From a virus (taxonomy: Duplodnaviria; Heunggongvirae; Uroviricota; Caudoviricetes): 64,000 bases of DNA. The notes beneath the pieces are model-generated. The model was not told the origin of the DNA, did not search any database, and was given only the letters and a program-made list of their open reading frames with translations. Positions 20,182 through 29,855 of the stretch are shown piece after piece. The stretch lies in IMG/VR virus record IMGVR_UViG_2585427708_000005; one strand, written 5' to 3'. Each line of letters opens with the position of its first letter. Within the stretch, counting starts at the first letter, position 1. The position numbers and the translations under genes are program-made.

Positions 20182-21771
20182 ATGTCTCAATATTCAATTC
20201 AACAGTCATTAGGTAATGCATCCGGCGTCGCGGTTAGCCCGATCAATGCCGATGCGACGTTATCTACCGGTGTTGCATTAAATAGCAGCTTGTGGGCTGG
20301 TATTGGCGTATTTGCGCGTGGCAAGCCGTTTACTGTTCTTGCGGTTACTGAGTCCAATTACAAAGATGTTCTCGGCGAACCGCTGAAGCCGTCTTCCGGC
20401 TCACAGTTCGAACCAATTCGCCATGTATACGAAGCTATTCAGCAAACGTCAGGTTATGTTGTTCGTGCTGTTCCGGATGATGCGAAGTTCCCGATTATTA
20501 TGTTCGATGAATCAGGCGAACCGGCTTACAGTGCGTTGCCATACGGTTCTGAAATTGAACTTGATAGTGGCGAAGCCTTTGCTATCTACGTTGATGATGG
20601 TGATCCGTGTATTTCACCTACCCGTGAGTTAACCATCGAAACGGCAACAGCGGACAGCGCGGGTAATGAACGCTTCCTCTTAAAACTGACCCAGACGACT
20701 TCGCTCGGCGTGGTAACGACCCTGGAGACACACACTGTGTCTTTGGCGGAAGAAGCGAAAGATGACATGGGCCGCTTGTGTTATCTGCCTACGGCTCTGG
20801 AAGCCCGTTCTAAATATCTGCGCGCGGTTGTTAATGAAGAGCTGATTTCGACGGCGAAAGTAACAAATAAAAAATCGCTGGCGTTCACTGGTGGTACCAA
20901 CGGTGATCAGTCGAAAATCTCAACCGCTGCGTACCTGCGTGCGGTTAAGGTGCTGAACAATGCGCCGTACATGTACACCGCTGTTCTCGGCCTGGGTTGC
21001 TATGACAATGCGGCGATCACCGCGTTAGGTAATATCTGTTCTGATCGCCTGATTGATGGCTTCTTTGATGTCAAACCGACATTGACGTATACGGAAGCGC
21101 TCTCTGCTGTTGAAGATACCGGTTTACTTGGTACCGATTATGTAAGCTGTGCTGTCTATCACTACCCGTTCTCCTGCAAAGACAAATGGACCCAATCCCG
21201 TGTGGTCTTTGGTCTGTCTGGCGTGGCGTATGCGGCGAAAGCTCGTGGCGTCAAGAAAAACTCTGATGTCGGCGGTTGGCATTACTCACCGGCTGGTGAA
21301 GAACGTGCCGTCATTGCTCGTGCGTCAATTCAACCGCTGTATCCGGAAGATACCCCGGACGAAGAAGCAATGGTCAAGGGCCGTCTCAATAAAGTATCTG
21401 TTGGCACCTCTGGCCAGATGATCATCGACGATGCTTTAACTTGCTGCACGCAGGATAACTATCTGCACTTCCAGCACGTCCCATCCCTGATGAATGCAAT
21501 CAGCCGTTTCTTTGTCCAGTTAGCCCGACAGATGAAGCATAGCCCGGACGGTATTACTGCGGCTGGCCTGACTAAAGGGATGACCAAACTTTTAGATCGC
21601 TTTGTCGCCTCCGGCGCTCTGGTGGCTCCTCGTGATCCTGATGCTGACGGTACAGAACCGTATGTGCTGAAAGTTACGCAGGCGGAATTCGATAAATGGG
21701 AAGTAGTCTGGGCCTGCTGCCCGACTGGCGTAGCCCGTCGTATCCAGGGCGTACCGCTGCTTATTAAGTAA
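20182..21771 (+). CDS. tail sheath protein candidate (gp22-like by position)
   Basis: 529 aa; size and position consistent with contractile sheath; no motif verified. Confidence 0.55.
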   Translation: MSQYSIQQSLGNASGVAVSPINADATLSTGVALNSSLWAGIGVFARGKPFTVLAVTESNYKDVLGEPLKPSSGSQFEPIRHVYEAIQQTSGYVVRAVPDDAKFPIIMFDESGEPAYSALPYGSEIELDSGEAFAIYVDDGDPCISPTRELTIETATADSAGNERFLLKLTQTTSLGVVTTLETHTVSLAEEAKDDMGRLCYLPTALEARSKYLRAVVNEELISTAKVTNKKSLAFTGGTNGDQSKISTAAYLRAVKVLNNAPYMYTAVLGLGCYDNAAITALGNICSDRLIDGFFDVKPTLTYTEALSAVEDTGLLGTDYVSCAVYHYPFSCKDKWTQSRVVFGLSGVAYAAKARGVKKNSDVGGWHYSPAGEERAVIARASIQPLYPEDTPDEEAMVKGRLNKVSVGTSGQMIIDDALTCCTQDNYLHFQHVPSLMNAISRFFVQLARQMKHSPDGITAAGLTKGMTKLLDRFVASGALVAPRDPDADGTEPYVLKVTQAEFDKWEVVWACCPTGVARRIQGVPLLIK

Positions 21772-21780
21772 GGGAATACA

Positions 21781-22596
21781 ATGAGCAAAAACTTTTTTCA
21801 ATCCGGGGCATTTTTGGGGAATGGACTGTCTCGTTTCGCTTTGAACTCTGATCCTGTGCAGCTGATGGAGTCTGCCCGAGCAAGCGCCGAACAGCCAACA
21901 GATCCGGTTATTAATAATAATCCGGAACCGGCGGCACAGACTAACGATAACGTTCCATCTGCCCCGGCTCCTGAGCAAATCCTGGAAGGGAAAGACGGTA
22001 AAGAATGGACCGTCGAACAGGCGCACCAGATGATTCTGGAAGCTGCAAATAGAAGTGCTATGCAGAATGCGTTGAGTGATGCGGCCGACGCCGTTTTCGC
22101 CTGGGCTGATAGCGGTGATCTGACTTTCGACTCCCTTGATGGTTTCGTTCAGGCTATCGCTGGTATCTCTGATGACGACGACTCCGAAGTTACAGAAGAA
22201 CAGGACGATGCCTATAACGAAGCATGGGCAAATGTTGCTGACTTCCTCGCAGCATGCGGTGTAGATGATGACCTGATCGAAGCACTGGCTGACGATGAAG
22301 ACGACGACGCAGCTGCTGATGTTGGTGCCTCTATCGCTGGTTTAGATAGCGACGACCGTGACGAACTGGAAGCGGCGTTTGTTGTTGCTGGCACTTCTGA
22401 TGAAATGCTGACTGAAGCATTTAAGAAGGTTGTTCGTAACGGTGAGATCAAACTCATCCGTAAACGCCTGCGTAAAAAACGTCTGACTGCGGCTCAAAAA
22501 TCGGCGCTGAAAAAAGCGCGTCGAAAAGCCCAGACGGGTGCGGCAAAACTTGCCCGCAAAAAGTCAATGAAACTGCGCCGTAAGCGCCTTGGCTAA
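21781..22596 (+). CDS. virion-associated protein with acidic N-terminal region and Lys/Arg-rich C-terminal tail (271 aa)
   Basis: D/E-rich middle, C-terminus KRLRKKRLTAAQKSALKKARRKAQTGAAKLARKKSMKLRRKRLG. Confidence 0.5.
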   Translation: MSKNFFQSGAFLGNGLSRFALNSDPVQLMESARASAEQPTDPVINNNPEPAAQTNDNVPSAPAPEQILEGKDGKEWTVEQAHQMILEAANRSAMQNALSDAADAVFAWADSGDLTFDSLDGFVQAIAGISDDDDSEVTEEQDDAYNEAWANVADFLAACGVDDDLIEALADDEDDDAAADVGASIAGLDSDDRDELEAAFVVAGTSDEMLTEAFKKVVRNGEIKLIRKRLRKKRLTAAQKSALKKARRKAQTGAAKLARKKSMKLRRKRLG

Positions 22597-22631
22597 AGGA
22601 GGAGGCCGGAGAACTCCGGCCTTTAACTTGA

Positions 22632-23213
22632 ATGGCACCTATACCTTATGGGGTTTACAGCCAGGCTGACGGTGTATCGCCATTTCTGAAAGTTACTTTA
22701 ACGAACTCTCAGTACCAGGTTACCGGATATATCAGCCAGGGGGCAGCAATGAACATGGCCCAGAATTGGGAAGCGCCGTTTACCGGTATGTCCATGGGGT
22801 CTGTTGCTGGTGCCTTCAGTGGTTTTGCGCAGGTTGGTACTGAAACAACGTCGGTGGCCCGTTGGAACAGCTTAATGGTTTGGGAGGGGGGAACACCGCC
22901 AACTTTCACGCTGCCAGTAACTTTCATCGCTTTGTTTGATCCATTCACGGAGGTTTCAGGAGCTATCGCCGCATTGTCAGCGATGATTAGCCCGGAACTT
23001 AAAGATGCCAGTATTGGTGGTCGAATCCCGGAGCGTGTGACGCTAAACATTGGTCGCCAGATCAACATCATTGATGTCGCTATCCAGGACATAAGTTTCG
23101 ATCTCGATGCGCCCAGGGACAGCAATGGGCATTTCCTGAAAAACACCGTCAACCTCCAGTTGACCGGTTCTTCGATATATAACAGCTCCGATATTGTTCG
23201 GGCGTTCCAGTAA
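22632..23213 (+). CDS. hypothetical tail protein (193 aa)
   Basis: ORF in structural operon; no motif. Confidence 0.5.
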   Translation: MAPIPYGVYSQADGVSPFLKVTLTNSQYQVTGYISQGAAMNMAQNWEAPFTGMSMGSVAGAFSGFAQVGTETTSVARWNSLMVWEGGTPPTFTLPVTFIALFDPFTEVSGAIAALSAMISPELKDASIGGRIPERVTLNIGRQINIIDVAIQDISFDLDAPRDSNGHFLKNTVNLQLTGSSIYNSSDIVRAFQ

Positions 23214-23224
23214 AAGGATTTTAT

Positions 23225-23734
23225 ATGGGGCACAATAACACTAACGGAAACCGTAAATTTATTAAGGGCCGCTATACTGCCAACGCGGCCAAAGGCGAAC
23301 GACTGGTATCTTCTGAATTCCAGCTCACTGTTGCAGGCCATGAAGATATCAGCGTACTGGTTCGCACGTCGCAAATTCCTGAAATGACCCGCGAGGATGT
23401 GGAGGACTATGGTCCGAATGGTGTGAAGTTCAACCAGCACGGTCCAATTCGAAACTCTGGGGAAATCCAGGTCCAGTGCGTGGAGACTATCGAAGGCGAT
23501 ATTCTTCAGTTCATTAAAGATCGCATTGCGGCGAAGGACTATGTTGATATCACGATGGCTGCTACCCCTGAATCCAAATCTTCCGGGGTTAACGCTGTGA
23601 CAAAAGCTGCTACAACAATTGAAATGTTGGACTGCAAAATCTACAGTGATGCAATCGACTTTAGTACCGAAGATGTGACTGCCGCTGTGCGCCCGTCACT
23701 TCGTATCGTTTACAACTGGATTGAGTGGGATTAA
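23225..23734 (+). CDS. hypothetical tail protein (169 aa)
   Basis: ORF in structural operon followed by terminator. Confidence 0.5.
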   Translation: MGHNNTNGNRKFIKGRYTANAAKGERLVSSEFQLTVAGHEDISVLVRTSQIPEMTREDVEDYGPNGVKFNQHGPIRNSGEIQVQCVETIEGDILQFIKDRIAAKDYVDITMAATPESKSSGVNAVTKAATTIEMLDCKIYSDAIDFSTEDVTAAVRPSLRIVYNWIEWD

Positions 23735-23753
23735 GAGTCATCCCTTGTATTTT

Positions 23754-23778
23754 AAAGCTCCTGCGGGAGCTTTTTTTG
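23754..23778 (+). terminator. rho-independent terminator
   Basis: agctcc-tgc-gggagct hairpin followed by TTTTTTTG. Confidence 0.8.
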
Positions 23779-23818
23779 TGCTTAAATTATGCTGGTATAG
23801 CGAAATTTTGAGCATATT

Positions 23819-24115
23819 ATGGAAATTGATTTTTCATACTCTCCTGAAACGATAGAACGAAGATTCGAAATAATTGGATGCAAAACTATTTCAGAGGAGC
23901 ATTATTGGATTCTCTATGATGCCAATACATGGTTATGTGCCTTAGCAGAATGTCGGTCATCGTTATGTGCAGGGGAGGGAGGACTTCGACATAAGGTGCT
24001 GGCTACACTTGAAGTGAACACGTTACGATATTGGTGTGTCGAAATACTTAGGAATAACAAAGAATTACATTTATTATTGCTGAATAAATGTGCACCTCTG
24101 CGCAGAAAAGCATAA
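23819..24115 (+). CDS. hypothetical protein (98 aa, Cys-rich)
   Basis: ORF with several Cys; no motif. Confidence 0.4.
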   Translation: MEIDFSYSPETIERRFEIIGCKTISEEHYWILYDANTWLCALAECRSSLCAGEGGLRHKVLATLEVNTLRYWCVEILRNNKELHLLLLNKCAPLRRKA

Positions 24116-24242
24116 GAAAACCCAACAGCCATACTGGAATTATCAGAAGAATATGTGCGGAAAGTTATAGCTAGCTATTGAAAAGCTAAAGTAGATCGGT
24201 TAGATTTGCCTTACTCATCTACCATGTGTAGAAAGAGCGATC

Positions 24243-24283
24243 GAACCCGATACATAGCAATATGTGTCGGGTTCAGCTTTTTT
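24243..24283. terminator. terminator-like imperfect hairpin with T-run between convergent genes
   Basis: gaacccgatacata ... tatgtgtcgggttc followed by TTTTTT. Confidence 0.5.
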
Positions 24284-24746
24284 ATGTCCCAAGCGCTCTT
24301 TTTCTGCTTTGTTTGAGTGTTCTGATTTTACTGTTATAGGTTACAACATAGGCTGTTTTAAGAAGCCAATAGTCTCTACGTGCGGATAGCACAACAACGT
24401 AGTTTTCACACTCGTTCCAGATTACCCATTCTTCAGTTGGTCCTCGTCTTTCAGACCAACATGATATATCGGAATGGTTATAATTCCTTATCATATGCGC
24501 GATCCAGCGGATCCGCTTACACCGTTCAAGATCAGGTATTCGTTCTTCTTCTATTTTTCCCTCTGATACTAAATGCCAAAATCCGAACTCTTTCCCATCA
24601 TATTCCGGTGAATAACGTAACCGAACAGGGAGACCCTTAAACGTTATATTAGAGATTAAAATGTCTTCTCTGACAACATAATATACATCGTCTATATACT
24701 CTTGCCAACTTCCATTGAAGTACAATAAATCTGGCATTTGAAGCAT
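24282..24746 (-). CDS. hypothetical protein (154 aa), second gene of AT-rich two-gene operon
   Basis: ATG overlaps upstream stop (TGATG) with GGGAGG RBS inside upstream gene; no recognised motif. Confidence 0.5.
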   Translation of the reverse strand: MLQMPDLLYFNGSWQEYIDDVYYVVREDILISNITFKGLPVRLRYSPEYDGKEFGFWHLVSEGKIEEERIPDLERCKRIRWIAHMIRNYNHSDISCWSERRGPTEEWVIWNECENYVVVLSARRDYWLLKTAYVVTYNSKIRTLKQSRKRALGT

Positions 24747-25450
24747 CAGCGAGCCTCCCACACGAAAATATTAAATTTACTTTCTGTTGGAAGAGTGCTT
24801 TTTAGTAAATCCCTGTTTGTATGTGATTTTATCCTGTTTATGACTTGGATTTTTCCCGCGTTGCTATTCATTCCTCGATGAACGTAGCCTAACGCACCAA
24901 TGAAAAGATCCGTTAGCTGCAATTGTTGCACTTCATGAGATCGTATATGTTGAATTCTGTTTATCGACTCATGATTGTAATCATAGCGATCATTGTGAAG
25001 AACTCCTCTTAATTTCTCAATTTTTTCAATGCCTAAAGTATCTTTTATATCTAGGTAGATATTGTATGTGTTGTTACTTTCTATTATGTTTTTTAAGACA
25101 TAAAAAAACATCTTATAATAGAAAGTATTATGATCTTGATGGAATCGAGCATGGTCCAGTTGCTCTTTATCAGGAACAACAACACCTCTAAAGCGCAATG
25201 CTGGGTTGCTGAAGAAGTAATCTACGACATCTAAGTAAAATTCAACCTTGGACGCAGATACTTTAGTCCACTTGATTTCGAAATCAGGTTTTAGATTGTG
25301 TTTTAATTTTAATTCCTTGATGTCTCTAGCAATTTTTTTTGTGATAGTGCCAGGGCACCAAAGCGCACCCAATACCATGACTTTATTATGATCATTTAGT
25401 AGGTGACAGGATTCATCGCAGAATACATTAAATGTTCTTCGGTTCAACAT
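24746..25450 (-). CDS. hypothetical protein, tentatively DUF3800-like (234 aa)
   Basis: N-terminus FNVFCDESCHL resembles the (Y/F)xDESG start of DUF3800 proteins; strongly AT-rich gene. Confidence 0.45.
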   Translation of the reverse strand: MLNRRTFNVFCDESCHLLNDHNKVMVLGALWCPGTITKKIARDIKELKLKHNLKPDFEIKWTKVSASKVEFYLDVVDYFFSNPALRFRGVVVPDKEQLDHARFHQDHNTFYYKMFFYVLKNIIESNNTYNIYLDIKDTLGIEKIEKLRGVLHNDRYDYNHESINRIQHIRSHEVQQLQLTDLFIGALGYVHRGMNSNAGKIQVINRIKSHTNRDLLKSTLPTESKFNIFVWEAR

Positions 25451-25618
25451 GTTAACTCCACTTATTGTTAGGTAGAATTGTCCGTTAGTTGTTTATTAAT
25501 TGCAATAATGGGACGTCCAGTTTTGGCAACAGTGCCCTCTTACCAGGACGCCTATGAGTTTGCCTCATGGCAAACTAGAGGCGTTGAAAGTATGCATGGT
25601 TATAATTAGAACAATTCA

Positions 25619-26464
25619 TTACCCTCTGAATCCCGCCGGTATACCCCATTGTTCGTTATCTTTATTTTTGGCTAAAACCGCATTAAGAGCTTCGTTTACC
25701 GTCATGCAATGCGGTAGGTTATCGAAGTTTGATATCCCGCCAATATCAGGCGAACGCTTGTTCTTCAGGTAAGCATATTTCCGCGCAGCCGCCTCTACTT
25801 TCTGCTTGAACTCATGTTTTTGAGTGCGTTTTTTGGATAACCGCAGATTGTCAGCCTTTGCTTTTGCCTCAGCGATCCATGAAGTCAATTTTTTGAGTCT
25901 GGTCGTTCCGGCACCGCCGGAAACTGATCTTTTTGTTTTTTTAACTTGTGACTTCTTATTCTTTATTGCCACGTCATCCTGACAGGGGGAGGGGGTATCA
26001 TTTTGATATGGGGGTGTGGTTAAAAAATCAAATAAAGCCAATGTCTTAGCGAGAACAGCTTTAACCTTGGTTGCGGCTGAAGAGATCTTTAATTTGCTTT
26101 CAGTCAGCGCGTTTTTAGCTTGTTGTGCGAAGGCCAAAAAGGATGGTGTAAACCGGTACAGGTTAGCGCGACGTTCACGGTGATCGCCGATAACAATCTC
26201 TACAGACAGAATTCCTTTGTTTACAGCTTCACGGAATGCACGAACGACGGTTGATTGGCTATAACCAGTTTCTGCCGCGATCAGGCGGTGAGGCTTGTGA
26301 ATGAAGTATTCACTGGTTGTTGCCGCGAGATTTGCACATTGCGACAGGATATGCCCGGCGCTACGGGATAGACCGGAGTGTGTTACAAAGCAGGCCAATT
26401 CATAGCCAGAAAAAGTAAAATCGCTCATCGTTATACAGCTCAGGAAAGTGACTTTAGCCAGCAT
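25619..26464 (-). CDS. repL: lytic replication initiator RepL
   Basis: 281 aa; position downstream of kilA; HTH-like segment STVVRAFREAVNKGIL; size matches P1 RepL. Confidence 0.75.
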   Translation of the reverse strand: MLAKVTFLSCITMSDFTFSGYELACFVTHSGLSRSAGHILSQCANLAATTSEYFIHKPHRLIAAETGYSQSTVVRAFREAVNKGILSVEIVIGDHRERRANLYRFTPSFLAFAQQAKNALTESKLKISSAATKVKAVLAKTLALFDFLTTPPYQNDTPSPCQDDVAIKNKKSQVKKTKRSVSGGAGTTRLKKLTSWIAEAKAKADNLRLSKKRTQKHEFKQKVEAAARKYAYLKNKRSPDIGGISNFDNLPHCMTVNEALNAVLAKNKDNEQWGIPAGFRG

Positions 26465-26493
26465 TACAATGCTGGTGGTTCTTACTACGTCTG

Positions 26494-27294
26494 TTAGCGC
26501 GTTGCCGCGACAGGTACCAGCACACCAGCATCAAGCAATCGCTTCATCAGCCACTGCTGACCTTTGCCGGTTATACGAGTCGTGAAAGAAATCCTGCTTC
26601 CATTGCTTGTATCGATCACGGTTTCTTTAAGGGTGAAATACCCACGGGATATGTATTCTTGTTTGGGGACGTTCCTGCGTTCACCGGTTGCGATCAGAAT
26701 TCCGTTATCACGCAACCAGGTGAAGAGATAGTTTTGGCCCAGGCCGAGCACTTTGGCATAGTTGCCGATTAGAACCCCGCTGGCGGTAGCAACGCGTTCG
26801 GCGAATTCGACTTTAGGTGCATCCATCAGCATTTTTTGCTCCAGCCGTTGCTTTTGCTCTGCCAGGTCAGCAGCCAAACGGAGAGCTTCTGGGAGGCTCT
26901 TCGGAATAGCAGGTTGTAATCTTCCGGCTCGATAGTCGATAAATGTCTGGTTTACCTTCAGCCGAAACGCGGGAGAAATCCAGCCTGCGTACTCCACTGC
27001 GAGCAATTCATGGGCAAAAGTGCCGCCGCCACGGCCTTCGAACGAAACTATGCAATTCTGCATAGTTTCTTTTTCAAGCTCTTCGATGAGCTGTTTGGCT
27101 GACAGCGTTCTTAGCCATTGAGCTGGCGCTTTATGGGCACCGAGTCCGCTCGCTCTGTGTAGAGCATTAAGGTTGTAACGGCCAGCGCGGTCGGTCGTAA
27201 TTTCAACACCACAAATAACAGGCAGAGTGGTTGAAGGATCGACATTTTGATGAAGGTTTGATATATTCATATCCGCATTGAATGTTTGTTGCAT
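26494..27294 (-). CDS. kilA: KilA (KilA-N DNA-binding domain plus KilAC/Ant-C domain)
   Basis: 266 aa; C-terminal 135 aa ~65% identical to C-terminus of adjacent Ant; preceded by C1 operator. Confidence 0.75.
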   Translation of the reverse strand: MQQTFNADMNISNLHQNVDPSTTLPVICGVEITTDRAGRYNLNALHRASGLGAHKAPAQWLRTLSAKQLIEELEKETMQNCIVSFEGRGGGTFAHELLAVEYAGWISPAFRLKVNQTFIDYRAGRLQPAIPKSLPEALRLAADLAEQKQRLEQKMLMDAPKVEFAERVATASGVLIGNYAKVLGLGQNYLFTWLRDNGILIATGERRNVPKQEYISRGYFTLKETVIDTSNGSRISFTTRITGKGQQWLMKRLLDAGVLVPVAATR

Positions 27295-27363
27295 TTTTTC
27301 TCCAAATTTGCATCAACCTTCAATCACCAGCTCGAAATGGTGATTCTTTGCACTTAGAAAACG

Positions 27364-27380
27364 AAATTTATTAGAGCAAA
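27364..27380. promoter_or_regulatory. C1 operator-like site upstream of kilA-repL (Op53-like)
   Basis: AAATTTATTAGAGCAAA, 16/17. Confidence 0.6.
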
Positions 27381-27458
27381 TTTTTCTAACTCGATCCAGA
27401 TCGGGTTGGACGATCTGCTCAGAAACCTGCCAGTTTGCTGGCAGGTTTTTTTCTTTTG

Positions 27459-28502
27459 TTAACCTATTGCTACTGGTTTTAACAAACCAGCATCAAGTAG
27501 CTTGCGAGTTAACCACTGCTGGCCTTTACCCGTTAATTGGGGCGTCAGCCGTATCTGGTAGCCATTTTCATCATCCAGCACCACTTCTTTCACCGTGAAA
27601 TACCCGGCGTTGATGTACTGTTGGCGCGGTACGTTTTTGCGCGCTCCAAAAGCCATGAGAATGCCATTCTGGCGCAACCATGAGAAAAGGGCGTTTTGCT
27701 TAAGTCCAACGACCTTTGCAAAGTTCCCGATCAGGATTCCATTAGCCACTGATACCCGGTCGGCAAAATCGACTTTAGGGGCAGCGGCCACCAGCTGTTG
27801 TTCCAGCTGCATTTTCTGTTCTGCTAACTCGGCAGCCAGGCGTAGAGCTTCTGGTAATGTTTGGGGGATCGATGGGGCAGGGGAGTTTGCCTGCTGCAAT
27901 TCTTCCAGTTTGTCGATCAGCGAACGGCGGACCGCTTTTGACTCGCGCGCGGCGACTCGCAAGGCTTGTTTGTAGGTCATGGTGATGACCTCAAAAGAGC
28001 GCCCAGCCCTTGTGCCATGGGATTTTGCACTTTTTGTGTAAAATTCACCTTCAAGTTCATCGAGTATTTTTTCGATGAATTTATTGTTTCTAACCTCTGG
28101 TTCTCCACATAACTTGCGTGCCTCATTGACCATCTTCAACAATGTTTGGCTGTCGATTGTGTCTCCGGTGTTGGGGATGACATTCACGGCTGGTGTTGGC
28201 GTAGCTGACGTAACAGGTGCTGGTTTCTCAACATTCAAATTTTTACCGGTCACTCTATGTGCCTCCTTTCTCATTTCTGCTGCCACCGTTGCGTAACGTA
28301 GACGTCCTTGTTCAATCAAATAATCCCTGATCTCGGCTATCAGTAGCCTGTTGATCACTGCCTTATCTGTTCGGGTATAAAAACGCCTGGTTATCATGAA
28401 ATAGTTGGCAATTGCGCCGGGGATCTCCCGCGTCGGCATACAGGCAGTATGCAGGGCGATTGCTTCGGCTATGTCATTACGGGTGACGAGAGGTTTTTTC
28501 AT
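27459..28502 (-). CDS. ant: antirepressor Ant (AntA N-domain plus KilAC C-domain)
   Basis: 347 aa; start codon overlaps icd stop (translational coupling); C-terminal KilAC domain. Confidence 0.8.
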   Translation of the reverse strand: MKKPLVTRNDIAEAIALHTACMPTREIPGAIANYFMITRRFYTRTDKAVINRLLIAEIRDYLIEQGRLRYATVAAEMRKEAHRVTGKNLNVEKPAPVTSATPTPAVNVIPNTGDTIDSQTLLKMVNEARKLCGEPEVRNNKFIEKILDELEGEFYTKSAKSHGTRAGRSFEVITMTYKQALRVAARESKAVRRSLIDKLEELQQANSPAPSIPQTLPEALRLAAELAEQKMQLEQQLVAAAPKVDFADRVSVANGILIGNFAKVVGLKQNALFSWLRQNGILMAFGARKNVPRQQYINAGYFTVKEVVLDDENGYQIRLTPQLTGKGQQWLTRKLLDAGLLKPVAIG

Positions 28503-28720
28503 AAAACCCCCTGAACGTCGGCAGAGAAGGGGAGGTTCCAGTAACTAAGTGAATTGCGCGAGTTAGTTGAAAAACGGGCAGTAAAAATGCAGGGGCCATC
28601 AGGCAATTGAGAGCGTGCTTCGTCTTCAGTTGCTGCGATAACGAAGTGATAGTGGTGTTTTTTACAGGAATAGAAACGCCAGATGAATTCTGGGCGTGTG
28701 CAAGGATTGGCATTAACCAT
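28499..28720 (-). CDS. icd: Icd-like small protein (73 aa) upstream of ant
   Basis: 73 aa, coupled to ant; paralogue at 63667-63888; SD embedded in c4 target box. Confidence 0.6.
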   Translation of the reverse strand: MVNANPCTRPEFIWRFYSCKKHHYHFVIAATEDEARSQLPDGPCIFTARFSTNSRNSLSYWNLPFSADVQGVL

Positions 28721-28769
28721 AGTTACGGCCTCACTAACAGGTTTAACAACCTGCTACCCGCTGTCAAAC

Positions 28770-28850
28770 AGGTGGCAGGACGTGACAGGGTTGACAGACT
28801 GGCGTTAGTGAAACCAGCAGGCCGAAGCCTCCCCATCACGCCCCACCATA
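28770..28850 (-). ncRNA. c4: c4-like antisense RNA region of immI module 1 (boundaries approximate)
   Basis: contains boxes CACTAA and CTGTCA complementary to TTAGTG/TGACAG targets found upstream and at the icd RBS; conserved with module 2 except in these boxes. Confidence 0.35.
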
Positions 28851-29033
28851 ATTCGGGCGTAACGCGGTTTACGGACACAAAAATACCGCAATATCGGAAA
28901 TCTGCGGTTGTCCGCACTAACATTCAGGCTGTCAAACCCGGTCGCAGAATTTGCTACGACGGCGGAACTATAAGCCTGAACGATTAAAAGGTCAATATGA
29001 TGCGAAAAGATAGCATTCGTGACTTAAAAATAC

Positions 29034-29050
29034 AAATTTATTAGAGCATT
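29034..29050. promoter_or_regulatory. C1 operator-like site upstream of c4-icd-ant (Op51-like)
   Basis: AAATTTATTAGAGCATT, 16/17. Confidence 0.6.
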
Positions 29051-29146
29051 GTTTGTTTAATAAATGCACAATTGGATCTAATAACCTCTTTTTTTTAAAG
29101 GCGAAAATATGTACCCTAAATGAGTTATAAGGCAGGTGAGGTTATA

Positions 29147-29794
29147 ATGAGAAAACTATTACTACCGTTATTATTTATGGCTGGGACTGTTAATGCAGCA
29201 TCAAGCGTAAAGGAGATTTGTACCGATTATACGAAATACCTTGGGCACGTTTACGGCTTTGCTGTCAGTGAAGACGAATCCATGCGCAAGAAGTTACTGT
29301 CAGATATGAAGCGCCTTAAACTTTCTGAAGCGATGGTGCAGCAGGAACTGTATAAAGTCTCAACCAACGCAAATGCTAAATACCAATATTCTCGCCTATT
29401 AAACCCCGATGCAAATGAGATCAATCGAAGCACTTTCGATTATATGGTAAAGGCATGCGAAACCGCTCCTGATTTTGCTATCCCTAGCTGGGGTGTGCTG
29501 GTGGCGAGCAATGCCGTTAATAAAGAAGATGTTGGAAGAAATGGCATTGACTCAATCAGAAATGCCCCAGGAATGCGCCATCAAAACGTGCAGGGTACGC
29601 TTGAAGAGCGGGCCAGGGGGCCGGGTACAAACTCCCCAATGGGAAACCTCTCACCAGAGGAATTGCAAGAGTATAACCAACGGATGGAGCAGTATGAGAA
29701 AGCGGCACGCGAACAAATGGAACAACAAAAGAACGGCTCACTTAATACCTTCCAGCAAGGTTTAAAAGCGCTTAATTTACCCTATGAATGGTAA
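29147..29794 (+). CDS. secreted periplasmic protein, Sim-like by position (215 aa)
   Basis: signal peptide MRKLLLPLLFMAGTVNAAS; shares GMRxxxVQGTLEERARGxGT motif with Sit. Confidence 0.5.
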   Translation: MRKLLLPLLFMAGTVNAASSVKEICTDYTKYLGHVYGFAVSEDESMRKKLLSDMKRLKLSEAMVQQELYKVSTNANAKYQYSRLLNPDANEINRSTFDYMVKACETAPDFAIPSWGVLVASNAVNKEDVGRNGIDSIRNAPGMRHQNVQGTLEERARGPGTNSPMGNLSPEELQEYNQRMEQYEKAAREQMEQQKNGSLNTFQQGLKALNLPYEW

Positions 29795-29855
29795 ATATAT
29801 TATGGATAACCAATTAAAATATTGATAATCGTTAATATCCAAAGGAGATAAATTA

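Noticed and set aside
28607-28987. ORF 28607-28987 (+), 28723-28923 (-) and 63451-63741 (-) overlapping the c4 leader regions
   Set aside because: Conserved between the two modules only because the underlying antisense-RNA/target region is conserved
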